Source: Podarcis tiliguerta (taxonomy: Eukaryota). Taken from it: a stretch of 64,000 bases of DNA. The number at the start of each line of letters is the position of its first letter. Position 1 is the first letter of the stretch. The stretch lies in the NCBI GenBank assembly GCA_965153285.1, contig OZ229111.1, one strand, 5' to 3'. The translations under genes were made by a program, and so were the position numbers. Positions 50,799 to 63,000 of this stretch are shown one piece after another. The notes under the pieces are model-generated. The model was given only the letters and a program-made list of their open reading frames with translations, was not told the DNA's origin and ran no database searches.

Positions 50799-51920
50799 TT
50801 GGTTCCGCTCCTTCCTCCTGGGCCGTGTCCAGAAAGTGGTGGGGGGGATGAGCGTTCAGACCCCTGGGCTCTCACTTGTGGGGTGCCTCAGGGTTCTGTC
50901 CTCTCCCCCATGCTTTTTAATATCTATATGAAGCCGCTGAGAGAGATCGTCAGGGGCTTTGGACTGGGTGTTCATCAGTATGCAGATGACACCCAGCTCT
51001 TCCTCTCCTTTAAATCAGAACCAGTGAAGGCGGTGAAGGTCCCGTGTGAGTGCCTGGAGGCGGTTGGAGGATGGATGGCGGCTAACAGATTGAGGTTGAA
51101 TCCTGACAAGACAGAAGTACTGTTTTTGGGGGACAGGGAGCGGGTTGGTGTGGGGGATTCCCTGGTCTTGAATGGGGTAACTGTGCCCCTGAAGGACCAG
51201 GTGCGTAGCCTGGGAGTCATTTTGGACTCACAGCTGTCCATGGAGGCGCAGGTTAACTCTGTGTCCAGGGCAGCTGTCTACCAGCTCCACCTGGTACACA
51301 GGCTAAGACCCTACCTGCCCGCGAACTGTCTCACCAGAGTGGTGCATGCTCTAGTTATCTCACGTTTGGACTACTGCAATGCGCTCTACGTGGGGCTACC
51401 TTTGAAGGTGACCCGGAAACTGCAATTAATCCAGAATGTGGCAGCTAGACTGGTGACTGGGAGTGGCTGCCGGGACCACATAACACCGGTTCTGAGAGAT
51501 CTGCATTGGCTCCCAGTACGTTTCCGAGCACGATTCAAAGTGTTGGTGCTGACCTTTAAAGCCCTAAACGGCCTCGGTCCTGTATACCTGAAGGAGCGTC
51601 TCCACCCCCATCGTTCAGCCCGGACACTGAGATCCAGCGCCGAGGGCCTTCTGGCGGTTCCCTCATTGCGAGAAGTGAGGCTACAGGGAACCAGACAGAG
51701 GGCCTTCTCGGTAGTGGCACCCACCCTGTGGAACAGCCTCCCATCAGATGTCAAAGATGTCAAAGAGATAAATAATTACCTGACATTCAGAAGACATCTT
51801 AAGGCAGCCCTGTTCAGGGAAGTTTTTAATATGTAACGCTGTACTGTTTTTAACACTTGATTGGGAGCCGCCCAGAGTGGCTGGGGAAACTCAGCCAGAT
51901 GGGCGGGGTATAAATAACAA

Positions 51921-51957
<37 letters not shown>
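50799..51957 (+). mobile_element. L2-clade LINE, 5'-truncated, RT C-terminal half and 3' end
   Basis: ORF 50691..51836 contains GVPQGSVLSPMLFNIY, YADDTQL, LNPDKTE, SRLDYCN and LHWLPV. The 3'UTR stem-loop is followed by an (ATT)n tail at 51921-51957. Confidence 0.93.
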
Positions 51958-51959
<2 letters not shown>

Positions 51960-52432
51960 CATGAATTCAGAACAATACAAAAAACCAACAGCAGCACTAG
52001 CAACAACCGCCAACCAAAAAACCCCTCAAACAACACCCCAGCCCAGTAATCTGTTCAGCAGCCTCAGTTTTTGCAGCTGGAGTCAGTCAGGGCCCTAACT
52101 TCCCTGGCCAGGTGGGAGAAGGCCTGCAAGGCAAAGAGCAGGTCTTCTAGGATTTACAGTTAGATGGTCTCTGGCCTCTTTAGCAGTCTCAGCTTACAGA
52201 AGAAGAGGCAAGGGCTGGCGCTGGAGGCCCTTGTGGGATCTCTAAACATTCTTCCTTTGAAAAATGTGGTCCGGGGGCCTTATGGGGAAAGGAAAGAGAG
52301 GTGGAGTGGCATGGTTGGATACTTGCGCTTCACTCCCCAGCCAGTCTTGCACCACCAGGTCCAAAGAATGAGTGAAAAGCAAACCAAATCAATGTAAAAC
52401 AAAAATAAAAATTGGGAGGGGCAGAGGGCCTG

Positions 52433-52434
<2 letters not shown>

Positions 52435-52464
<30 letters not shown>
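52435..52464. repeat. (TG)n microsatellite
   Basis: About 15 TG units. Confidence 0.9.
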
Positions 52465-52466
<2 letters not shown>

Positions 52467-52596
52467 TGAGGGCATTATGGTAAATAATACTGACACCTGC
52501 AAATTGGGTGTTAAGTGATAAAAACATGATTTGGAAAGAAGCAGTTCATTTATTAGTTAAGGCAATGACATCTATTCCAATAAATTTAGGCACGTC

Positions 52597-52629
52597 TAAT
52601 GTAATGTAATGTAATGTAATGTAATGTAA
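52597..52629. repeat. (TAATG)n pentanucleotide microsatellite
   Basis: Six TAATG units directly 5' of a Sauria SINE. Confidence 0.9.
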
Positions 52630-52636
52630 AGTAAAA

Positions 52637-52991
52637 GGGACGCGGGTGGTGCTGTGGTCTAAACCACTGAGCCTAGGGCTTGCCGATCAGAAGGTTGGCG
52701 GTTCAAATCCCTGCGACGGGGTGAGCTCCTGTTGCTCAGTCCCTGCTGCTGCCAACCTAGCAGTTTGAAATCACATCAAAGTGCAAGTAGATAAATAGGT
52801 ACCACTCTGGAGGGAAGGTAAACGGGTTTCCATGTTCTGCTCTGGTTCGCCAGAAGCGGCTTAGTCATGCTTGCCACATTACCCGGAAGCTGTATGCCAG
52901 CTCCCTCGGCCAATAAAGTGAGATGAGTGCCGCAACACCAGAGTCGTTCGCGACTGGACTTAACCGTCAGGGGTCCTTTACTTTTACCTTT
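52637..52991 (+). mobile_element. Sauria SINE, full length
   Basis: gggacgcgggtggtgctgtggtctaaaccactgagcc...ggttcaaatccc...gactggacttaaccgtcaggggtcctttacttttaccttt. Confidence 0.92.
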
Positions 52992-54297
52992 AATGTAAAT
53001 TAGGAAGTGAGAGTAAGGTAGGTTCTGCATTTACTGTCCTGTATCTATCTCATTTTGTGCAAATGATATCCCCTGCATTTGCTTCCAGCATTTGAATCTG
53101 GTTCTGTTCATAACCCCGGTAATTTAAAACTGCTGTGGACTACTGTTTTTTCCAAAACAACCGTATGGGTAGGACAGACAGCTGGGATTCATGTATGAAA
53201 GCGCTTCCAGACTCTTGAGCTTGAAAGCAATAGGGTATAGTCTGACAACCACACTTCCAAAGTAATAGATTTTAAGGTTTCATTAGTGTATAAATGTTTC
53301 ATTGTGAAGAGCTTGAAGACACAATGTAAAAGTACTGAGGTGGAACATATGATAAGATTCTGGAACAGGTTTATCTTTCAGTGTCTTTTGTTATATTCAA
53401 AAAGAGCTAACCAGGACTGAAAAGGCTGAATTGCACATCAGTTCTTACAAATCCTTTGAACTGCCCAGTACTGAAAAGACCAAGGTGTATAATAGCAGTT
53501 CTTACAATTCCATTGAAATGTATCTTTCAAGGTTCTTGCATTCATTGGTCAAGACATGAAGAATTACTAGAGCTTGCTGTGGTTTCTGTGGTAGTCAGAC
53601 CAAACACATATGCAACTTATTTTTGCTAGTAGGTGGCAAGGCATTGGCAACAAAAGCCATAGTTAAGGGTGGCCAAATGTTGGGGAACAAACACTTTAGG
53701 AAAGGTACTCAAAGACAACTGAATAAACTAAAAGGTGAGGTAGCACCCTTCCTGCTCATGCCACAGTTTGTTTTTTAACCTGTCTAATGGACCTATCTTG
53801 CTTCGTATGAAGAGCAGGAGATAAAAATTTGCCTTAAGCCATTTAGAATGCACAAGGGTTTGTAAGGAGAAACACCTGCTGGGTTATCAGGTAGCCAAAT
53901 TTACTACTTGTTGGGTCATATTGTGCCAATCCTCATTAGGTATCACATTTTACTCATATTGCAGAGCAGTGTTCTGTACAATATAGTGATGGCAGCAGTG
54001 GCCAGCCTGATGTTCTTAGTCAGTTCACAATTTTATCTGTTTGTTAAATGTACAGGGCACGATTCAACTTATCGACTTCTGCCAGTGGAAACCAGCACAA
54101 CAGCTCCTGCTAGTGCAACAGGGCTTTTCACCTCCCTATCTTGACCTGCACACACACATTCCCCCCCCAAAATACAAATGGTCAGGAAGGCCCTCAAAAC
54201 ATTGTATGCAAAGAGGAGAGGAGAGCTTGCACTGACAGAATAAATGCCATAGTGCTATGCTGCCTTCCCCCCATACCATATTCTTCTTTTCAAGAGC

Positions 54298-54791
54298 TGT
54301 CAGGTGTCAGGGAATCTGATCCCCACATGGTAGGCTGCCAGGGATAGATGACAGGGAAAGTTCTTAGCAATATATTTCATTCAATACTCACAGAGAGAGG
54401 CTTAGAAACACAGCCTCTTGGATTAATGGTGTTGCTCTGAGTAAATATCCATCCTCCCTTCTTTCCACTTCCTTATTCGTCAACAGCATCACCCACCTTA
54501 CGGTGGTCGCTTAGGGTCATTTGTCTCTGAGCCCTTTGCTCTCCTACTTTCAATGCCCGCCAGGGTATGGGAGAAGGAGCGTCTGGAATGCTTTCGAGTG
54601 ATAACGTGTCAGCCAGCTGTTCCAGCTCTTCCTCCTCCTCTCCTATTATTTCCCAACTTTGCCCTTCATCTGCTTCTGAGCTATGTCCTCCTGCAAACCA
54701 ATGTTGTAAATCTATACTGTCTTCCTCTTCTCTGGAAAGTTGAGACTAGGGAGGCAGTCTCCACCACTCTTCCTCTGTCCAGTCCCTAACA
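54298..54791 (-). mobile_element. Probable solo LTR (Gypsy/ERV-like)
   Basis: On the minus strand it starts TGTTAGG and ends CCTGACA (TG...CA with a short inverted end), ~494 bp. The 5' part is purine-rich and there is an AT-rich box near the 3' part. No clean TSD was found. Confidence 0.6.
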
Positions 54792-54860
54792 TCAACTCAG
54801 CGTGGCTTACATGTATTGTTATGTACACCACTAGATTATTTTATGAGAGGATTGTATATA

Positions 54861-55120
54861 CAGTGGTACCTCGGGTTGCGAAAGGGATCCGTTCCAGAGC
54901 CCCGTTCGCATCCTGAGCAGAACGTAAGATATGACTGCATGTCTGCGCATGCGCGGGTCGCGTTTCACCGCTTCCGCGCATGCGCGTGATGTCATTTTGA
55001 CCGTCTGCGCATGCGCGAGCGGCAAAACCCGGAAGTAATGTGCTCCATTACTTCCGGGTTGCCGCAAAGCTCAACCCGAAAATACTTATCCTGAAGCCTA
55101 TTTATCCTGAGGTATGATTG
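54861..55120. mobile_element. Tc1/mariner (Tigger-like) MITE, CpG-rich
   Basis: ta|cagtggtacctcggg ... cctgaggtatgattg|ta. Confidence 0.88.
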
Positions 55121-56461
55121 TACCTTAATAAATAATTAATTTTTCCTACTGGTCTCCAACCCAGCACCATTCAGAGTCAAACTCCCTTCTCTTCAGCCGT
55201 TTAATCTTCAGGCTGTTCTCTGCCAACAGAACATGACAGTTTGAGTCATGATGTTAGTCCAGTGGTTCCTTTTCCTTTTCATTCCATTGTTCTAATGCAG
55301 TGGCTTACTCTAGAGTTGGACCATAAGGTTTCCCCCTCCTTTGGCAGGACCTGTGTCTAGCAGGAGTAACTGCATTTGCCTATAGTTCAGTCAGATAATT
55401 AATAATGCTGTAATCAGTGGAGCTACTCATTGTTTAAACATCATGCTGAAGAACTGCCATAGTTCAATATGCAAGGATTTTTTTTTTTGGTTAATAAATA
55501 ACTTAGTAATATTAATTTGTATATTTTCTTTGTTCCTCTGTTCTATGGCTTTTTATTTATGGAGAGAATTTGGTTCCAGCATTAGCAGCATGCTTCCCTG
55601 TGAGATTGTTATTTGCAATTCTAATTTGCTTTATTGCCTTAAAAAAATGTTACCATTCTGAGGATTGGGTGGGAGAAAATGCCTATTTTCCAGCTCAGGC
55701 ATAGTTGAAATGAAGCCGTGTTTTGTTTGTGCTTTGGATAAATTCTCCCGCAGGATAAATTTCTCTCCAGGAAATGTGCTGTTTACTACATACTGATTAA
55801 GTTTCATGACTAAGGTACATGCCCTCATGACAACCCTTCTTATGGATCTACTCTTGATTAACTGGTGTTATATAACTACTTTAAGTCTTGGAAAAAAATT
55901 CTTAGGCAAGAGTAAATACTGTAGAGGGAAGGGAGGATAGCAAATGTTTAACAAAGGATGTTTTGTTAATCTAAATCCCACCATGAAACTAACATAGTAC
56001 GTTCAGCCTCTTATTCATTCTTCTATAGATGCAGTTTATGGGGAATGTATTGCTACCACACAAAACACCCTCTGCAGTTCTTTGTCTACAGTGGAACCGA
56101 CAGTACGACTTCATTTGACCCAGTTCCTTTGAAAGAGATTCAAGCCTGAAGAATTTATACCAGACATTATCAGAACAGAATAAAACCACCCAGAGTTTGA
56201 CAAGGAGTTCCTGAGTGCCAGAGAAGCCCAGAAGAAAATAACAGAGTATGACAGAAGGTCTAACCCTTTTACACACCCCATACCAATTCTCTGACACAAT
56301 CTGTAACCAAGCTCCTGTTATTAGCTGTGGTGGGGAAAACATACAGGCAAACAATTTACACTTGTATACAGTATTTTGCTTTCCGTCATCAGGACCAACT
56401 TGGGCATCTCTGTGACTGACATTGAGGAAGTGGCGTGTGGGAAAGTTAACATCCCCTTCTC

Positions 56462-56612
56462 CCTTATTTATTATTTCATTTATACTCCACCTTTCCTTCA
56501 AGGGGCTCAAGGTGATGTACTCTCCCCATCTCCATCTTATCATCACAACAGTCCTGTGAGGTTGGATGGGCAGAGAGACGGCAAATGGCCCAAGGTCAGA
56601 CAGTGAGCATGC
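56462..56612 (-). mobile_element. Squam3(A)/MIR-like SINE fragment
   Basis: tttatactccacctttcc...ctcaaggtg...cacaacagtcctgtgagg...ggcccaaggtca is the reverse complement of the body and tail at 26090-26217. Confidence 0.65.
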
Positions 56613-57054
56613 CCCAAATAACCCCCTTTTAGCCAAAAAGAGAGAAAGACAGACAGACACGGACAAGGGGAAGGAAATAAAAAAGGAAATATGTCAGAGT
56701 CATGATTAGCTGACCATTTGCTACATACACCTGACAACTTTTAAAGCACATTTGAGATACATTTCCCACCTCCAAAGAATGTTGGCTACTGTAGTTTGTT
56801 AAGGATTTCTGGGAATTGTAATTCTGGGAGAATTTAACTACAGTGCTGAGAATTATTTGAGTGAAGGAATGTGCTTCAAATGCGAATTAAAGGTATCAAA
56901 GCCTGCTCTCAGTCCACAATTATATGCGATAATGAATTTGTTTTAAAGTAACATAGCATTTATTATTTGTAGATTGTGAGGGAAGGGGAAGGTTAACACT
57001 GCAGCAAATTAGCACAGCTATTCCTCTGCAGTTAACCTGATCCATGAGCATAAA

Positions 57055-57360
57055 CATGAGGAAATTCCCAGCTGATTTTTTTGTTTTGCTTTCGGGTGCT
57101 GGTGCTGGACTGTTTCGGCTAGGACTTCCTTGTTTGCTCAGGCAATGACTCAGGAAGGTAGCCCTGCAGTAGTCAGCTTTTTAACTACATGGTTTGCTCA
57201 CTTTTTATTTTCTTCTTGCATAATGGTTTTGCTTTCTTACTTTCTGCGTGGGTTTGATCAGCTTTACTGATTAGAGCATGTAGATGTCAGCAGTATGGTT
57301 ATCAGCAGCCCAGGATAACAGGAAAAACAAACTTGCTTCCAGAAGCAATGAGTAACTCTC
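57055..57360. promoter_or_regulatory. Candidate distal enhancer (NF-kB, ETS, AP-1 motif cluster)
   Basis: GGAAATTCCC at 57060-57069, ACTTCCT at 57124-57130, and TGACTCAGGAAG from 57146, all in sequence with no recognisable repeat. Confidence 0.35.
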
Positions 57361-60300
57361 CAAGAGCAATTTGCTCTGCTTCAGCTGAGGAGCTCGGGAA
57401 TTAGAACTGCTTCACACAAGCAAGTAGTCTTAGTAGGAATTATTTTTTTTTTAATTAGAATTTTAAAATTAAATTAAATTAGAAGAACCCCTGGAGCTTT
57501 ACGGTGGTGAAAATATGAAAGTAAAAAAACAAAGCAAAACAGAATAGCCATAGCAAGTGCCTTCTCTCCTTCCTGAGTTTGTTCCATGTCTTCTTTCTCA
57601 GGAGGCCTTTAATGAGATAAATGCACAAGTCACTGGCAACTAAGCAGCTTGTGCATTTGCAGTCGAGACTGCTGACATTTGGCATTGGGGCAGCTTATCA
57701 GTATATTGGCAATGTAAAGCCTATGAGTCATATCTGGCCTTCTGAGACTCTCCCACAAAGCTTAGTGCTGCCACTGTGTGGTAATTCATCCCAGGCCTCT
57801 CAGTCAAAGGGGGAAGAGGAGGGAAGACTCTAGTATCATACTTCTAGTATCATACTGTGAAGTGCTCTCCACTCAGGAAAACATTTGGAGTTGTGTAATA
57901 TCTTAAACACAGGAATACCGAGAGTGTTTTTTAGTAACAGAAACTGGCTTCATTTAGAACAGTCTCAACAAGCTATGTCTATACATGGGGTCCTCAATGT
58001 GGTGCCTGTGGGCACCTTGGGGTCCTAAAAAAACCCACTTTGGGTCACTTAAGGCCTCCTGCCCCCCCCCAATGCTTAATTTTAAAAACTTGAAATCTAT
58101 TTATTTATTTAGTAGGAAGTGTTGCCAGCTTTCTTTTTATTTTTGTGCTGTTTGGGGTTTTGTCCTTTTGTGTGTGTGTGTGGAGGCAGAGGTTCTGAGT
58201 TGCACCAGTTTTAATTCTATGAGATGGACATTTTGTGATGTCTGTGAGACATTTTTAAGATTTCCAAATATATCCAGACCGCTGCTTTACTACTGGGGCT
58301 CTGCAGGAGCCCAGATGGAACAAAACTAGAAACCTACATATCAGGAAAACTTGTAGTACGCATTACAAGCTGTTTCCTGGAAAACTTCCAGAAGTTAATT
58401 AAAGAAACAGGAACAGGGAAACACTGAGCTGGGTTGGGCTGACCTTATACCTGTAATGTAAAGCATGTCTGTGTGCATGCTTGCATATGTGGTTCCTCAT
58501 ACTGTCTGATACACTTACCTATAAGGCCACAGACCAGCTCTGTCCTTGGTTTCTTCTACATAGACAAATTCAGCCTGCCACTTGTTTGCTGGAACTGTGT
58601 CAAAGAAACCACTTACAACTTATAATTTAAGTGCTAAAACTGGGAAATGCCAAAGTGTGCCTAGGCTGGAACCATACCCAGATTTTGAGCGACACCAGGA
58701 AGAATTGTACACATGCCGCAAATAGAATGCAACTCTTTTAAAAGATAAATGTGGCCTTTTCGTCATGCTGGCCGGCTTGCAGTTAAAGGACGGCTTTTTG
58801 TGTTTTGTCAAATCTCTGTGGAAATAACAACACAAATACGTGATAAAGCCTACAACGTATATTGTTCTTTCAGGTCTGAATGGTGACCATTTGCCTTTTA
58901 GACGGGTCTTGTCTGTGGTCAGTAGCATTTATGGCAGATCTGTCCAACCACAGTCTTGGAGCAGACACACCTTGTGGTCTAAGGTTTCTTAGTTTGGTCA
59001 CTTTTATCTGAGGATCTTGCACAAACAAGCAGACATGACAACAGCAACTAGAATAGTTCAGGAAACCCTTCCTTTTCTCTCTCTTGACTGAAGGCTGGTT
59101 TGCCTGCTGAGATTTTGTGAACTGTCCAGACACACAGGGAAGTTGCAGTGGCTTAACTAATGGAGGAAATAATGAACAAAGAAAATGGCAGACTCACTTA
59201 ATTTGAAAAGTTCCTATAGACTTTTTTCGGGCTTTTTTCTTGTTTATAACATTTGTTGCCTGCTCTTCAACATAAGGTGTAATAATTCAAAATTAAAATC
59301 GGTGAAAACAATTTAGAATCAGAAGAATAGGGTGGGTCCTTTAAAAAAAATCCTCACGTATCAAAGGCCATGGGAAGTTATATATATGGAATAAGGGTGT
59401 GCACATGTGACTGGCCAGATAACATGAGACCTCTGGACCGGGAAGATTAGGTGTAAGTACTAGGTATCTGCCTTCCGCCCTAGTCAGAACAAAAGCATGT
59501 ATTCTGTATCTCAGTGCTCAAGAATCTGCTTTATATGCAGAATGTCGCAGGGACAATCCAGGCAGGGAGGGCAAGGAATCTGCCATATGAATCCTAGGAG
59601 ATTCTCTGCCAGTCAGTGTATACAATAATAAACTATTTATTTCATTGAATTTATACGCTGCTTGGTTGTAAAAGAAACCCCCAAACCCTCAAAGAGGTTT
59701 ACAAAAGATAAAACAGTAAAATCAAGCAAGATTTACAACCTTACTTCAAAACATACAAAAGTTAAAATGCTAAAGCAGATTAAAATTACCTCAACTTGTA
59801 CCAAACAATTTCTATTCTTTTGACATCCAAAGCACAAAGCAAACCTGTATCAGATATGCCTAAGCCATCACTATATTTGAACAAGAACAGGCTATTGCCA
59901 TTTCCCCATGTACACGCTGCTGGAAATGTTACACAGGGGGCCTCATTCCTCTCATGAGAATATATCAAAGATAGGGTTGACAGTTTCTGTCACTGCTTGG
60001 TCTTTTGTTGTATGGAAGTACAAGCCTCTATTTCATCTTAGTTGCAAAATCCTGTATGGTACATCTTCTTTTAAAAGGGGTTAAGTTATCCATGCAGTTC
60101 AAATGCATCTGTTTTTGATTTCTCATGCAAGTTATGAAAACTCTTTCTAATGCAGGCAACATTTGGAAATTAAATTATTTTACATAAGATTCAGAATTTC
60201 TACTACTGTAGAAATCTCTGTGAAGGGATGATTATGTTTAGTGTCTTGGCTAAGCCAGTTGTGCGGGCTTTGTAGTTTGGCTTTCAGGCTGCTGCCTGAA

Positions 60301-61217
60301 ATCTAAGAGTGTGACTTTATTCACCAGCAGTTTAAGGAACAGAAAATCTCACTTTGTTGGCTGCCATTGCATGCCCAAGTCACATGCTCTCTCTTCTCTA
60401 CAGCATGCCCAGTGCAGAAAGTAGGTCATTAGAAAAGGGGAAATTCACCAAGTATGTCTGGAGATTTTGCAAACTTCAGAGAAAACACGTCGGAAATTGT
60501 TGGCATACATTTCTGCACGTTCGTCCCTACGTGTTCCTAATTTTTCTTGCCACATTATCACCATCTTGATGAAGACAAACAACTGGACTAACATCAGGTA
60601 TAACTCTGGCTGTCCTTCCTGCTTAATCATTTTATTATAGGAATCACATTGGTCAAATTGAAATCACATATTTATTATTTCAAAACAAGTGTAAGTTTTC
60701 CCTGCCACCTCTGCAAACCTTCTCCATCCATTCGTCTCCTCCAAAAGGAATGTTTTGCCTGCTCTTTCACACACCAGAGCGAATAGAGGATTTGCACTAA
60801 TCCGTTTCCTCACTAATGTAGAGGTATCTACAAATCACCCTCCCCATCCCAGTGTTGTCTCAGACCTTTCACACTTTAAATTGGGTTTTTATGATCCTTG
60901 GAAAGTCTGAAACAGGCAAGATGGAAAACACCTGCATTTGAAACTCCTCCCCACAATAAGATCAGGTCCTTGTACAAATGGATATCATTTCTAGTTAGGT
61001 GGGAGAGAGCAGAAGGACAGTACCTGCTCAGGACATTTTGCTGCCTGAAGCAGATCCCAAATGGGGCATCCCTCCCCAGCCCTACCATGCCAAAGTCAAC
61101 ATTTTAACAAAGTATTTTGCCACCACTCCTGTCTTCGTGTACCCTCTGCCATTTATGGAGCTGTTGCCTGAAGGAGATGGCTTCTCTCTGCTGCATTACA
61201 GAGCCATTCCTGTAGAA

Positions 61218-63000
61218 CAGTGGTGGCCAAACTTGGCCCTCCAGCTGTTTTGGGACTACAACTGCCATCATCCCTAGCTAACAAGACCAGTGGTCAGTCT
61301 TCTCCGATAAAGAAAGCAATGCCCGACCTGAAGAATTTGGAGCAAATGATTCAGCAGAGGAAACACAGCCCAGAATAACTAAGGAGATAGTACAAGAATA
61401 CTTGGCTAGTTTAGATGTATTCAAGTCTCCAGGGCCAGATGAACTGCATCCAAGAGTATTAAAAGACCTGGCAGATGTGATCTCAAAACCACTGGCAGTC
61501 ATCTTTGAGAATTCCTGGAGAACAGGCAAAGTCCCAGCAGACTGGAGGAGGGCAAATGTTGTCCCTATTTTCAAAAAGGGGAAAAGAGAGGACCCAAATA
61601 ATTACTGCCCGGTCAGTCTGACATCAATACCAGGGAAGATTCTGGAGCAGATCATTAAGCAAACAGTCTGTGAGCACCTAGAAAGGAATGCTGTGATCAC
61701 CAATAGTCAGCATGGATTTCTGAAAAATAAGTCATGTCAGACTAACCTGATCTCGTTTTTTGACAGAATTACAAGCCTGGTAGATGAAGGGAACGCAGTG
61801 GATGTAGTCTACCTTGATTTCAGCAAGGCATTTGACAAGGTGCCCCATGATATTCTTGTAAAGAAGCTGGTAAAATGCGGTCTTGACTATGCTACCACTC
61901 AGTGGATTTGTAACTGGCTGACTGACCGAACCCAAAGGGTGCTCATCAATGGTTCCTCTTCATCCTGGAGAAGAGTGACTAGTGGGGTGCCACAGGGTTC
62001 TGTCTTGGGCCCGGTCTTATTCAACATCTTAATCAATGACTTGGATGATGGACTCAAGGGCATCCTGATCAAATTTGCAGATGACACCAAACTGGGAGGG
62101 GTGGCTAACACCCCAGAGGACAGGATCACACTTCAAAACAACCTTGACAGATTAGAGAACTGGGCCAAAACAAACAAGATGAATTTTAACAGGGAGAAAT
62201 GTAAAGTATTGCACTTGGGCAAAAAAAAATGAGAGGCACAAATACAAGATGGGTGACACCTGGCTTGAGAGCAGTACATGTGAAAAGGATCTAGGAGTCT
62301 TGGTTGACCACAAACTTGACATGAGCCAACAGTGTGACGCGGCAGCTAAAAAAGCCAATGCAATTCTGGGCTGCATCAATAGGAGTATAGCATCTAGATC
62401 AAGGGAAGTAATAGTGCCACTGTATTCTGCTCTGGTCAGACCTCACCTGGAGTACTGTGTCCAGTTCTGGGCACCACAGTTCAAGAAGGACACTGACAAA
62501 CTGGAACGTGTCCAGAAGAGGGCAACCAAAATGGTCAAAGGCCTGGAAACAATGCCTTATGAGGAACGTCTAAGGGAGCTGGGCATGTTTAGCCTGGAGA
62601 AGAGGAGGTTAAGGGGTGATATGATAGCCATGTTCAAATATATAAAAGGATGTCACATAGAGGAGGGAGAAAGGTTGTTTTCTGCTGCTCCAGAGAAGCG
62701 GACACGGAGCAATGGATCCAAACTACAAGAAAGAAGATTCCACCTAAACATTAGGAAGAACTTCCTGACAGTAAGAGCTGTTCGACAGTGGAATTTGCTG
62801 CCAAGGCGTGTGGTGGAGTCTCCTTCTTTGGAGGTCTTTAAGCAGAGGCTTGACAACCATATGTCAGGAGTGCTCTGATGGTGTTTCCTGCTTGGCAGGG
62901 GGTTGGACTCAATGGCCCTTGTGGTCTCTTCCAACTCTATGATTCTATGATGGGAATTGTAGTCCCAAAACAGCTGGAGGACCAAGTTTGGCCATCACTG
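61218..63000. mobile_element. hAT-type palindromic MITE split by a CR1 insertion
   Basis: Left arm cagtggtggccaaacttggccctccagctgttttgggactacaa and right arm ttgtagtcccaaaacagctggagggaccaagtttggccatcactg, with a perfect 8-bp TSD ctgtagaa (61210-61217, 63001-63008). Confidence 0.9.
61294..62950 (+). mobile_element. Young 5'-truncated CR1 LINE (RT domain and 3' end)
   Basis: ORFs 61402..62232 and 62249..62878 contain KSPGPDELHP, YLDFSKAFDKVPH, GVPQGSVLGP, KFADDTKL and [16 protein letters not shown] single frameshift lies in an A-run at 62221-62229, and the element ends in a ctctatgattctatga tail. Confidence 0.96.

Noticed and set aside
50691-50830. N-terminal part of the 381-aa ORF treated as a host or domesticated RT gene
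   Set aside because: It is flanking DNA plus an off-frame piece of L2 joined by a homopolymer frameshift. The element is a 5'-truncated L2.
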